The translations under genes were made by a program, and so were the position numbers. From Neodothiora populina (Eukaryota): DNA of 64,000 nucleotides. The notes below the pieces were generated by a model. It saw only the letters and a program-made list of their open reading frames with translations. It was not told the origin of the DNA and ran no database searches. Shown piece by piece: positions 47,701 through 61,083 of this stretch (position 1 is its first letter; every line of letters begins with the position of its first letter). The stretch lies in the NCBI RefSeq assembly GCF_041146345.1, contig NW_027191407.1:372001-436000 (forward strand), given 5' to 3'.

Positions 47701-49745
47701 ATCCAAACAAGTTTGATAAGAGCTGCAAACGAGGGCGCCAGAGACGAAAGGGAAGGAGATTGTCCACGGTCACAGTCGGACACAGTCCGATCTCGAGATC
47801 TTGTTGGAACTGCTGTCCTACGACAGGAACGATGATGCCATGGTCATGGTTGGTGGCTGGGAGGATCGATTCTGGACGCACAAACGCTTATGGGTTGTGG
47901 CCCAATCCGTCCCATGGACGTTTCCACTACTCGGAAGGGTTCACTTGGCGTGGCGCCGGGCTACACGTGGTTGGAAAAGTGTAGATAGCTCGACTTTTTG
48001 ACTTTAAAGACGATCGTGGCATAGGTAGCTTTCCCGAGGACAAGGGAGAGGGAAAAGAGAGACAAAGCTGCGTGCACATTAGCTGCCTCAGCTGTGCTCA
48101 CGGAAAATACACTTTCGACGTTACTTGCTCAACCTTGTTCATAATTTGGTATGCAGCCTCTATCCCCGCCTGTCAAGTCATCATCTGTCACCACAGGCTC
48201 ACAAAGCGCATTCTTCTCTCAAGTCCTTTTCCTCCACGATTCATTGTCACGTCGGTCGATATTTCCGTATCTTTGATATCCGTCGTTGCTAGTGTCGTTC
48301 CCATCTTTTTTTTTATCTTCCCACTGCGCCAACAACGCAAACTCCGACACCAATTGATTTCTCAGTGCTTATCGTTTACATCCATTGTCCACGCGCGAAG
48401 GCCAACTCAAAACCCTCGCTCTCCAAATCTTTCCCCTTCCCCTCCTCCCCCTCCGATAACCCCTCCACTCCGATATCAGAGTCAACAATCCCCCCTTTGC
48501 CATACGCTTGTCTCGCCCAACGACTCCCACGTTGTACGACCGGGCCACCGTTGTATGCAAGGCACGCTTTCGACGACTCACTATCTGTGGCCATCCTGAT
48601 CCTGGCATTCTTCCAAACACTGGTCATCCAGTATCTTGGGCGGAGCATTTGACAAGCAACCGTCCGGAGATATTGTCCATCCAATTGATTCTGAGATAGG
48701 ACTCTGCGTGCGCGCATATCAGTCCTCTGGATCTTCCCTGCGAGCAGTATTGATCCTGGAATCGTTCGTCCCGCGCCTGCATTAGACGCTTCGAGCCCTG
48801 ATCAGCAGCAGCAGCAGCAGCATCAGCATCAGCATCACCAAGCACCAGCACACGCACCAGCACTCCAAGCGTGCAGCACAAGCTTGCTTGCTTGCTTCAT
48901 CATTTGTTGAACATCTTCTTACCCCATCATCTCACGACTTCTTGATTTCCCTCAGGTCTCGAACATTCTTTTTTTGTCCTTTCTCTATCGTCGCCGCTTC
49001 TTTGCCAGTCGCATGCACTACATCTTCCTCCAGGCTACTGCTCTTCTCCTCATGAACATCGTTTGACTTGCGCCCATAATCGTGCGCACAACGCCTGGTT
49101 CTGCAGCCACTTCCGCTTTCGGGGGCTTTCCATCTTTTGACACTGTCCGGCAAAGTGTTCGACCAATCCACCTACTCCGCAAGACTTGATCTTCACGCCC
49201 TTTACTTCTACGCCGCAAGCTTTCTCCATTGACTGAGAGGAAAGTGCCCCGCAACACGACTTCTACTCCCATCATCGGGTGTCTCGACAACAGAGTTAAT
49301 ACTCCTCCACTCTTTCTTTTTCCTAACACCTCTGCTGTACCCATATTCGCGATACAATAAGGTATGTGAGAAACCAAAAATTTAAAATTAAGCTTGAGCA
49401 TCGACAAAGTGCCAAGTGTAATTTTTGCGTGAGGTCATTCATGTTGGGGACCGTTCCTGACCTTCCCCAGAAGTCCGATTAGAACTGAATCCGCTTCGAC
49501 TTCCCAGTCGGACTCACGACCACGCTCTTTCGACCACACGACATAGGCGCTACACCTGACCCCGCACGTCTCCAAGTGGCAGGCCAGGCTTTCATTAATT
49601 CCTCGTGTGCTGCCCTCGTGCATTTGCCTGTCCCTGACGGTTCCTTGCTTTCGGTCAATTACACTTTGTAACTGTCCGACTTCTCCTAAATTGCTTCTGG
49701 CTTCAACATTTGTTCTTGCCGGGACTTTTACACCCGACACTCATC

Positions 49746-51476
49746 ATGGCCACCCACGCAGAACAACAAAGACCGCCCCATCAACATCCGTCTCCTTCGC
49801 ATACACTACCATCCATCACTTCCTTGACCAATGGCTTACCTGGCGCGGGCTATTCGCCAACTAATAGAGCCCCCACGAGTGCGCCATCGCGAGACTCCGG
49901 GACATGGCCCTATCCGCAGAATACGCAGAGTAAGCGTGAGTCTTTTTCTTCTCTGCTCTTTTTCTCTCGATCATGCCATACCTTGTGCAACATGATATCT
50001 AGTCTTCGTCTCCAGCATGTCGCGGCCGCTTCAAGCATATATTTGCCACTGTTATCTTATCGCGTATGATAAAGATGCTAATAGTGCAACAGACTCGTCC
50101 GTGAATAGCCAAAACTTGCAAGTATCTACGCTGCTCAATCCCGAGGAGGGACAGCCTCGGAATTCGGTCCCAAGTACACCTACTTCATCTCGTCTTTCAC
50201 AGCAGCAGCAGCAGCAGCAGCAGCCAGGAAACGCGATGCTACCATCCATTAACCAAAGCTTCGAATCTACCAAATCTGCACAACGACAAAGCACTGACTA
50301 CTATAATGCCATCGACTCGAGACGTAGTAGTATTGACAGTCGAATGCACACCAATTTTAGCAACCTTGGCCTCAACAACAACAACAACAACCCTACCTCA
50401 CCGTATGATAGTCAAAATACTTCACAGGTGTCGCTGGCTGCCAGTCTACGTCGCCCCAATGGTCAAGCTCCAATGTCTCCACTGAGCGGACGTAACAGCC
50501 TGCGCGGGTCTCACCACCCGCCAAGAATCGCGCCACCCATCGTACCCAACGCCAGAGTCCCGGGTGCACCTGATCCGATGGCTGCAAAGCCCACTCAAGG
50601 TTTCCCGTGGGCTTTCCCAGACAGTGCAATTCCAGAGGAACAGCAACGCCGAGGTTCGAGCAGTGACGACTCTAGTATCAGAAGATCTGTCTCTCGCCAA
50701 AATAGCTTCGCTGCATCTTCCATACGCAGTAGCATCTTCTCTACTGACTCGGCGCTACCAGCCGGACAGAGGAGATTCGACGATGATGCACAAACTACTC
50801 ATCATCATCATCAATTGCAGCACCGAAGTATAGCATCTCTGCAGAATAATGATGCTGCCAGCGCATCTGGCAATTACAGCCGTACACCGGAATTGCGCGT
50901 CAGTCACAAACTTGCAGAGCGCAAACGCAGAAGTGAGATGAAAGATTTGTTCGAGGAGCTTAATCGAGCTGTACCAGCCAACGGGGGCGCCAAGGCCAGT
51001 AAATGGGAGATCTTGACCAAGGGTAAGTTGTGGTTTGACGAAACTTTCGTGTGTGTGGACGCTTATGATTCGTTTTAGCCATCGAATACATCCGCACGAA
51101 CCAGATGCAGGAACGTAATCTGCATGGTGAGATGACGCGACTCCGAGCAGATGCCGACTTTGCTCGCGAATCACTCAAGGAGAATGATTCGCTCAGAACT
51201 GAGATTCAAGTGATGCACGAGCGCCTTCGTCGTCTGGACCCTGCCGGTCAACACATCTATGGACAGTATACCTCGCGGCTTGCACAGCAACAGACTCAAC
51301 AGCAATCCAACGGAGCTCATCCTGCACCTTATGCACTACCTCCCATGAACTCTGCACCTCCTCCCCCGCAGCATCAGCAACCACCGCAGCATTATGGACA
51401 GATACAACCCCCACCCGGGGCCATGCAAGGTGTTGAGTACGGTGCAAGCCAAAGATCAAGCTACGAAATGCGCTAG
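49746..51476 (+). CDS. bHLH transcription factor, Esc1/DevR/SclR-like; exons 49746-49935, 50093-51022, 51079-51476
   Basis: YSRTPELRVSHKLAERKRRSEMKDLFEEL...KASKWEILTK|AIEYIR. Also PTQGFPWAFPD, SRRSSIDSRM and a poly-Q tract. Confidence 0.88.
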
Positions 51477-54359
51477 GAGCGTATTAGCATGACTGGTCCA
51501 TCCGCGTATCCGAGACCCACCGAGCCCCTAAACTTTACTTTCGCACCTTTTGCAAATCAGGGCGATGGTGATAGCTCCACAATCACCGCACGCCATTCTA
51601 TGGCGTCTGATGCGTCTGGTTGTCCTCTGATACCCAGGCCAGATCTCTAACTTTGTAGGGTCTGATCGCACCAGATGTCAGGCGGACGGCTGACAACAAC
51701 AATGCCCTCGTCCACTATATCGCTAGTTCATACAATATCATTATCTAACACACTGGCAACCACGACAAGCATGGCTTCATTGATAGACTGCAGCGAAGTA
51801 CGACTACATGCAATTGATCCACCCAATCACAAGCCAAAGCTGTCCGTGCCTTTTGGTTGCATACCCCTCACCAGCACCCGACGATAACGAAACTAATGTA
51901 ATGGGAGGAGTTCTACCTGAAATTTGATCGAAGAAAGTGTATATGTTCCGAGGCAGAGAGTGCAAAGATTTCAAGGAGACTACAACACGCTCCGTCCACA
52001 TGGGTATCATGATCAGAAAAGCATGAAAAGCAACATCTATAAGAGCGAACAAGACTGAGATTATCGAATTTTAGAGACTTATGTCTGCCCACGCAAAACA
52101 ACAAAAATGGAGATGAGGGAAATGCTCTTTTTCGACATTCTGATTATCGTCATGCGAGGAATCTCATCATCGGATTCCTGTGTTAATATTATTATAGTCA
52201 TATCATTACTGACAGATTACCTCTGGTATATGGAGCTACGGGGAGTCAGATGGAGTTCAGAGTGTCTGACGGATCCGATACGATGTAAGAATGAGAGTTC
52301 GGAGGATGTCAAGGTGTCGCTCGCTTTTTTCCTTCTACTACTAATGATTTTCGCTACATGGCGCGGCATATCTTATGTTTTATACCTATACCGAAGGCAG
52401 ACTGATTCTACTCATCTTACTCTCGTCTGTCCAAAAGTCAATACCTCGGGTACTTAGTGCCCTTGGAGTCCCGTGTGTCCCTCAGTGTCTGCTGCACTTT
52501 CTACACTGCATAATGCCTATAGCTGTGCTTCTACAAAAGGGAAACAAAAGCCGGATTCGCCAAATACGAGCGATAAGATGGACCAATATAATCCACCATT
52601 ATGTGGCTAAGTCAGTAGATCGAACCATCTGATCCACAGATCCGGTGACTGCGCCTACATTCCACCCGTGGTGGCGGTGCGCTACGCTTGACAGATGATT
52701 AGTGGAGCCTTGAGAGTCGGAGACGGACCACAACTCCAATAGGAAATGCCGAGCACGCGAGAGAGGAGACATGAAAGCTCAAAAGACGCAGAGAGAAAAT
52801 TGAGGCTCTAGTTTCTCCGACGAACTAAGAGAGAGGTGCGTGCGGGCGTGCATACGCTACGTACTTGTATCTGCGTCAGTTGTATCGTATCGCACGATTG
52901 CTATTGTTTGATCCGATTCATACAGTAGGTGGGCGAAGTCGGTCAAGGAATGATTTGTTGTTATTTTTCCGACGTGTTGGCTGGCGGATATCGAAACCGC
53001 TCGCGTACAAGTGGTATATCCGACATGGGCGCCCCCCTGCAGAGGAACGGACGGAGTTTTGTTCTTTTTTGGTCATTACATGGTTCGCGAATGCGATGAG
53101 GACGGATCTTTTGCTATGCAGCAAGTATTACTGTAGACCTCGACCATATTTTTTGTCCTTTGACTCTACGATATGCATTTCATAGGTGTAGATGGGAATC
53201 ACGCATGACCTCTTCTGTGCACAGTGCAAGGGTATTATGTCCTGTGATTATGCACGGCGTGGATAGAGCAAAGACGCCGAGCAATACTTTAGGTAGCTAC
53301 TGTATAGACCATGTCGATAATGAAATGACGACCAATAACGTGGTCAATTGCAAGCTCATGCTTGAGGTGCGCTTGTCTAGAAACTTCCCATAGTCCTCTA
53401 TCTGAAGGATCACCACGTGTCAAGCGACTAGAGAAACCTAACCCGCTCTATTCCCACAGCCTTGCAAAAGTCGCAGAGATCCAGAACCAAGTCACGTTCG
53501 CGACATGCGTAAAAACCGAAGAAAAAAACACAGCCATGATTGACGTGTGAGATAACACCCTAGATCTGGGGGGGCTCGGGCGGGTGACGGCACGCAGCAC
53601 GTTGGTCGCTTGGACTCAGCCTCGGCGGCGCATGGTATGACAAGGGCAAGGCCGGGCACGGCAGGGCGGACGCTGACCAAATGATCATGAAGCCAAACCT
53701 TTATATATGTACTCATACTGTCGCAATCGTCCGCCTTGGACAATCTGCCAGGAAACTCATGCTTCTTAGCTATCATCATTACTGAACAACTAAGCGACGG
53801 ACATCCGTCTACCTGTAACCTACGCTGCTACTCTTCGCACCTGACATATCTATTATTATCATCAATAATCGGCGCTCGGAATTACGGCAGCCAAGACCGC
53901 CTGAATCGGTAAGTCCACGCATCCCTTGTGGCGCATATACGCATTCGCCAAGCCAGCGGTTTGCCGGTAGATCAACGGACGAACCCCATGTAATGATTGC
54001 TTGTTGTCGATGATGCTTCAGGGCTGTTTGGCCTGAGGATGCTGGGCCTCTTATGAGTGGTTGTTGTGTGTGCGCTCCCCAAATTACCTATAGTCAGCGC
54101 ATACAGGGCAAGGGCAGATGCAACCCTTGCCTTGATCCACTGAAACGCATAATCTCTTCTCTTCCTCTCTCTCTTCCACCAGGTCGTCATCAAGAAAAGC
54201 CTAACCTTATTTTCCAGTCCGTTCGCTACTATCCAGAATATCTTTCTCCTTTTACCCGTCACATTCGAGTACGACAACAGACGTCCTACAGTCTCACTAC
54301 GCGTATTAGATATCACTTCGTCTTGAAACAACATCAACATCCACAACCATACCAACAAC

Positions 54360-54867
54360 ATGTCTGCTCAGGGATACTACGGCGCTCCTCCTCAACAGCC
54401 CCAGCAAGCGTACGTATTTTCTTTTGACATAGATATCGCGACAGCATAACTTCATCGTGGTCGTCCATGTCAATTAGGCAGCCGCGACATGACGATTATC
54501 CAGAATGAGCGCATTTGCTGACACGCAACAGTTACTACGGCCCTCCTCCCGGACAGCCTCAATATGGAGCTCCTCCCCAAGGCCAATACTACGGTCCCCC
54601 TCAACAAGTATGTTCGCGCTCATGATTCTTCTTCAGATAAACCTCCTTCCATTCAGATCATCACCGTGCACCTTCAACACTCCACAGACTAACATTCATG
54701 TTGCACAGATGGGTTACCAACAAGGTCCCCCACCTCAACAGGAGAGAAAGCAGGGCGGTGGTGGCTGCCTGAGCGCATGTCTTGCCACACTCTGCTGCTG
54801 CTTCGTCTGCGAAGAGGGATGCGAATGCTGTGCCGACTGCTGCGAGTGCGCCGAAGACTGCTGTTAA
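54360..54867 (+). CDS. CYSTM-domain small protein (Pro/Gln/Gly/Tyr-rich N-terminus, Cys-rich C-terminal anchor); exons 54360-54409, 54532-54607, 54709-54867
   Basis: [94 protein letters not shown]. Confidence 0.9.
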
Positions 54868-56260
54868 TGATATCACCCTTCATGAAAAGTCGGCCACGAG
54901 AACGACCGGACATTGCAAAGAAATACGCGTCGTCGCAGAGTGGATCCATAATGAAGAGTGGAGCGGTTTAGGGGACGGCGTTGGATTGAGAGTGAAGAAC
55001 TATACCCCGAAGAAGTTGTCCCGCGCGTAGCGGAGGATACTCTTGATCATTCGGTCAGGAGCTGCTTGCGCGTGTGTGAGTAGATGCTGGTGGAGGTGAT
55101 ACAAGCCATTGATCACTGGTCATGTTTGGCGATAATACACATGATTGAGCCTTTGACAACGAGCGAAGGTTCAGCTGGCGGGGAGCTTGGTGAAGAAAGC
55201 AATACGAACAACACCCATACATCATACGCTACTCTTCTGGCTGATCCGAGTCTACACTTATCGATATTGTATGCAGCAATATTATCACTCCTTGTTGTTT
55301 CCTTTGTATGTATGCATATGCATCATGGTCAAACTGACCACAACCTCATCAATGGCCAAATATATCATGACCTCCTCATTGTTTGTGTGTAATCCATACA
55401 GACATAATCGCGTATCAAGTGGAGTGGGTTCAATAATGCAGAGCATATGATCCATGATAGAGAACAGCCACTTGTAGATACCTCTGAGCATGAAGTGAAA
55501 TCACTCAAGTACAATCGGACTCTCCATGGTCAGTCCTGTCTGCCTTCAAGCTCTATGTAGCTAGATGGATACCGTGACGATACAACACAGAGACTGGAAC
55601 TGCCTTCCCACAGCATATCCGAGGACATGCTCTGCAGGATAACACAACTCGCGCCTTCTTGCTCGCCTGCTGTGACACGGTAGGTCTCCTTGAACTCCAT
55701 GTGACGAAGGTGCGCCAGAGACGACTGGTATAGGAGTAACGAAGCCAAGTACGAGCTCAAGAGAGTCGTCAGAGCAAGATCCACAGGGCCCTCGACGACA
55801 AAAGCCAACGACACCCTTTACCCCAAAGCCGCCCCCACGACCGATCACGAGAGAGGCTCAACCATCCGGCATACAACACGGCAAAGGACGCCATCAAAGG
55901 TCCTTTTCATGGAGACGAACTATCGGGGTATTACGGGGTAGCAAGCATACAGCATGAGGAGGCAGTAGCGGGTAGCAGGCATCACATGTTCCCGGCGTCA
56001 CGGGCAAAGGGGTTGGCAAGTACGGCAACGCGGAGGTTCCGTGGTGTCTCGTGTCTGGGACATCAGGAATCTGGAGATGTTCACAGCGCGCAGCGCAAGC
56101 TTGGCGGGTCTGGAGATCTCAAACTCACCTGATACCGAGGATACGTAAGGTAGCAGTGTGGTGCTTCCGAGCCACTGTGAGGAATTATAAGAATGAGGTC
56201 TAAGAGACCTTGGTTGAAGGGTTTTTTTGTATCATGATTCCAAGATAACGTTGTATGGAA

Positions 56261-56762
56261 ATGGCACTCGATATCTTTGCTCTACAAATGACTCCGGATC
56301 AGAAGAAGGCCGCTGCTACTACCAAAGACACTACCTCTTCGCGAGATTATATATCGGCGCTCTGGGCCGAGTATAAACGTAAGATGCGCGACAATATGTC
56401 GTCAGTGAAAGAAAGCAGCTGACAGAGGTGTCTTTCTAGGCGAATTGTCAGACCGCAGACTTGGACATCTCGTCCAATTCGACAATCCCATGCCACAAGA
56501 GCACATTGACATAGCACCACAAGTCGAGGCTCGGCAACACAAAGCACCGTCGGAAAAGAACTACGACTTTGAGCAGATCAGTCGTCAAATGTCTGCGTCT
56601 TCCGAGGAAGGCTGTCCGGTGGTCATTCCGCCTGCATATCATAACAGCAACAATGATACGCCCACACAGAGACGGGAGAGCTGGTTCTCACGGCTTTTGG
56701 AGAGGCCTCCTCCGAGTGGAGTGACGGAGCAATTGGTGCACATGGCTTTCACGGTCTCCTAG
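56261..56762 (+). CDS. Hypothetical protein (~146 aa); exons 56261-56378 and 56440-56762
   Basis: A GTAAGA..GCTGAC..TAG intron joins MALDIFALQMTPDQKK...WAEYK in frame to the 56445-56762 ORF. A TATAA-like motif lies at ~56186. Confidence 0.6.
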
Positions 56763-57125
56763 AAGACTGTTCGGACTGAAAGTCTTATATATATTTTTGA
56801 CGAGTCCACGATTTATGACCTGAACAATACAATGGATGATAGCATTCGAACAACCACTCGAGTGTCTTGGTCTTTGTGCTGAATGTGATGTGGTATATGC
56901 ATAGTCGATGAGTAGAAAATCAAAGGATACGTTAGGCGATATCGATAGACCCTGAGCCATGCCGCGGAAAATTGTTCGGGCCGGTCGCGACAGGTGAGAT
57001 GATGTGACGATCACATGTGCGTATTTCGAGCATTGGAGAGAGTTTTTATTATTTTATTTTTCTGTTCTATAGATCAACGCAATCTTGCTCGCTGCACATC
57101 AATCCTCGTTATCAGATTTGTCGCC

Positions 57126-59223
57126 ATGGCCAAACGAAAGCACGAAGCCAACGGCTCCGAAACCAACGGCAGTGTCAAGAAGGCGGCATTTGACAAGTCG
57201 GACAATGTTCACGACAACTTTCGCACCAATCTTTTTGACAAAGCCGTGCTGAAAGGATACCGCAACTCATATGCTGAAAGTTCACCGTAAGAGAGCATAT
57301 GGTCAGATACTCGAAGAGAGAGAAGCTCAGATCCCTCACAGATATAAGCATGCTGTCATCTCCGAGCTGATCAATGATTCTCTGCTGCGCAACGTCCGCA
57401 ATGAAATCATTGAGAATGTACACTTCACGCCCAAGGAGACAGACATCTACAAGATCCATCAATCTGGCGATCTTGCGAACCTCTCGGGTCTTCCAGAGTC
57501 GGCGCTCAAGCTCTTCCCGTCGCTTTTGACACTGCGCGATTCGCTTTACTCAGCAGAATTCAGAGCATGGATCTCAGGAGTCGCTGGCGCAGGTCCGCTG
57601 AGCGGCAAGAAGACAGATATGGCGGTCAATGTCTATGTGCCGGGCTGTCACTTGCTATGCCACGATGATGTCATTGGAAGCAGGAGAGTCAGTTATATTC
57701 TCTACCTCACGAACCCCGACAAGCCATGGCAGCCGAGCTGGGGTGGAGCATTGAGGCTTCATCCTACGGATCCAAGGACAGATTCGCAAGGAAGGGAGTT
57801 CAAGGTGCCGAGGCCAGACTTCAGTAAAGTCATTCCGCCAGCCTGGAATCAGATGAGTTTCTTCACTGTGCAGCCGGGAGAGAGCTTCCACGATGTCGAG
57901 GAGGTCTACAAGAGGAAAGAGGGAGCGCCGGGAGAAGACGTTGATGGAGGCCGCATCAGAATGGCCATTAGTGGATGGTTCCATATCCCGCAGGAGGGCG
58001 AGGAGGGCTATGAAGAAGGAATGGAAGAGAGGCTTGCCGAGCAGAGCAGTCTGCAACAATTGCAGGGCAAGAACGACGAGTTTGATCTGCCTCAGGAGCA
58101 ATGGATCGACTACGAAGAAGCAGAGACGAAAGCGACACAGGGACAAGGGGAGGAAGAGGATGTTGAGCTGACGGAACAAGACCTCGAGTTTCTGCTGAAG
58201 TTCATGACTCCCCATTATCTCACACCTGACACAGTCGAAGAGTTATCAGGGCTGTTTGCAGATGAGTCAAGTCTTCAGCTCGCGAATTTCCTCTCCAAGA
58301 AGTTTTCCGCGAGACTGAAGGGAGAGATCTCTGCCAAGGACAGGGAAACCGCCAGTCGCGAAGAATGGCAGATTGCCGCACCTCCACACAAGCAACGTTA
58401 CCTGTTCCGCCAGCCAGCTACCAAAGCTGGAAGCTACAGTGAAGCCAAGGCAGAAGAGTCATCCGCCTACGATGCTTTGCTCAACGAGCTACTGCCCTCA
58501 TTGGCTTTCAAGAAATGGCTAGCACTCGCCACCGGTCTCACGTTGAAGAGAAGCGACGTGCTCGCTCGCAGGTTCCGACGAGGTCTCGATTACACACTCG
58601 CCATGGGCTACGAAAAGGAGGACGTGCAGATCGAGTACTGCCTCAATGTCACCCCGACAAAAGGGTGGAGTCCCGACGAGGAAGAAGAGGAAGAGGAGGA
58701 GCAACAGTCCGAAGGCGCAACGAATGGCACAAAAGACAAGGTCAAGTCCAAGGGCAAAGCCAAGGAAGAAGCAAAGACAGAAACCGAAGAAGAGGACAAC
58801 GTCGGTGGCTACGAGATCTACATGGCTGGCGATGATGACGATGACGATGACGATGATGCAGCTTCAGACGCTGGCAGTGACCACGGCGTTGAGATACCTG
58901 CGGGTGCTGCTTCGACCACTGGTGGTGGCAACAGGCGACAAGTCAAGCAGAAGAAAAAGGCAGACCCTGCCATCTATCAAGCCAGCGGCGACGATGAGGA
59001 TGACGGTATTCTCTTTTCAAACCCAGCTGCGTGGAATACATTGAGCATCGTGCTCAGAGACCGCGGCGTTTTGAAGTTTGTCAAGTTTGTCAGTCAAGCC
59101 GCACAGGGTGACCGCTGGGACTTTGTCGGTAACGTCGAAGTTGAACCCGACGATGATGATGATGATGATGACGAAGACGACGAGCATGATGGCGAGGACG
59201 ATGCGGTAGAAGCAGAGGCTTGA
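57126..59223 (+). CDS. TPA1: Ribosomal uS12 prolyl hydroxylase Tpa1/Ofd1 (2OG-Fe(II) dioxygenase); exons 57126-57286 and 57342-59223
   Basis: FTPKETDIYKIHQSGDLANL, HLLCHDDVIGSRRVSYILYL (HxD), SFHDVEEV, RMAISGWFH, RRFRRGLDYTLA and WNTLSIVLRD. Confidence 0.95.
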
Positions 59224-60426
59224 TAGCTTTTGTATACCTTTGCTATAGACTAAGCGAAAGCGCATATGTACCAGGCAAAAGTGAGCAATAGTTAGATATT
59301 GCCTCCGTCCGCCGGCTCGATCTACTTCCGTAGCGCTTATATGTACTGTACGATATAAAAAGTCATACTTTCTAGAAGGAACACAAATGCATCACGCGTC
59401 AAAGCGCGAACTACAAATACACCATCTCGTATCCTTCGAGCCTTTATCACGTCCCGCATTTTACCATTAATCTCTAAGGGGGCGGACCGGGCGAACTGTA
59501 ACAATATCTCCCAGCGCAACGCCCTGTGCACCCCCAGTGAAGAAGAGGCGGGGGCTCTCGTCACAAAACCACGACGCCGACTCTCCATTGGTAGGTCCGG
59601 ACTTCACCTCGTGCCGCCCATGTCGATAACAGAACCACCTATTGCCCCCCTATTCCTCGCGCCCTGCGTGCTCGCAGCAGAACGCGAGAATCTAGAAGAT
59701 GCAACCACGGCATGGCAGAAGAGCCCCTTGCGATGTTACAGCGGAGTAGGCTGCTGATAGGAGCTGGTGTGTTTTGTTAGTCTCATTCGGATGGATCTGA
59801 AGTGGGACGCCTGATTCTCTTTTTACTTGCAAGTCCTCTTCGTGACTGGCTGGCGTATTGGAAAGCGAACCATGCATGCAAACGGGGTCAATGACTGAAT
59901 CCTGGCGGGGTCTTTTTGTTTCTAAATATCTGCGCCCTGCAGGGGGAGAATAAAACAGAGGGCGTTTGATACTGATACTGTTACTTGTACCTTGTTAGTA
60001 ACAGGTCTTAGTCGACTTGATTGCATGCAAGGGTGTGAGTGAGTGTGTTTTTGACTATTCTGTTAATGTATGTATATGTGTAACATAGTGTCTTTTTTCC
60101 CCTCTTGATTTCTCTTCATGAGCATTTGGTTTTCACTTTCACATTCTTCTTGGATTGTTTGTCCCACATACACGAGCCTTTTCTTTTTTTTGCCTCGTAG
60201 AAGGGTGACCGACCTTGTGGTACTACTGTGTTGGCATTTGGGTACTACATATACTTACCTAACTTACCGTTGTGATCTTCCTTCCTTTTGCTCTTCTACA
60301 GAGACATCACTACTCCAATACTCCAACTCTGATCAAGACACACTTTACAAGCTGAGCTTGCATCAAGAGGATCCAAGAAGAAAACATCATTACTTGACTA
60401 TTCATCCAACAAATCCAACAACCGTC

Positions 60427-61083
60427 ATGTTGCTCTTCGCAGTCCTCTCCATCATCCCCTTCTTTCTGGTCGCGAACACCTCCCCAATCATCCACGAAGG
60501 TCGAGCTCCATGCGTCATCAGCGCAAAAGACATCCAAACCATCGCGCCAGACACCAGCATCTGCAACACCACCGCGCAATACGCCTCCGAATGCAGTCCG
60601 GCCGCGCACGCAGCTCCCTTTGTCGCGCTGTCTTACGCGCACTACGACATTTCCTCGTTCGGAGCGCAGGCCGCTCTGTTGTCCCTCATGCTTTACGAAA
60701 CCGGCTCCTTCAAGTACGACAAGAACCACTGGCCTGGTGTCCCCGGACAAGGAACCCGCAACATGCAGTCTCCGGCTTTCAATCTCAAATACGCAGAGTG
60801 GCTCGCGACCAACGCGCCCTGCGAAAACATCAACCAGGCTGCGGTGATGAAAGCGAACGCCACTGGCCCTGTGGCTGTTTTAGATCTTTTGCTCGACGAT
60901 GTGCCCAGTTTTGGATCTGCGGCTTGGTTTTTGACTACCCAGTGTGATCCGAGCATTGAGGATGGATTGGCCAAGGAGACGAAGGAGGGCTGGGAGAGTT
61001 ATTTGACTGATTGCGTGGGCACTACTGCTACTGATGACAGGACTGCGATCTGGACCAAGGCTATTGCTCTGGGTCACTGGTAG
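60427..61083 (+). CDS. Secreted Cys-containing protein, possibly lysozyme/GH19-like fold
   Basis: Signal-peptide-like MLLFAVLSIIPFFLVANT, followed by LSLMLYETGSFKY, GQGTRNMQSPAFNLKYA and SAAWFLTTQC. Confidence 0.75.
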   Translation: MLLFAVLSIIPFFLVANTSPIIHEGRAPCVISAKDIQTIAPDTSICNTTAQYASECSPAAHAAPFVALSYAHYDISSFGAQAALLSLMLYETGSFKYDKNHWPGVPGQGTRNMQSPAFNLKYAEWLATNAPCENINQAAVMKANATGPVAVLDLLLDDVPSFGSAAWFLTTQCDPSIEDGLAKETKEGWESYLTDCVGTTATDDRTAIWTKAIALGHW

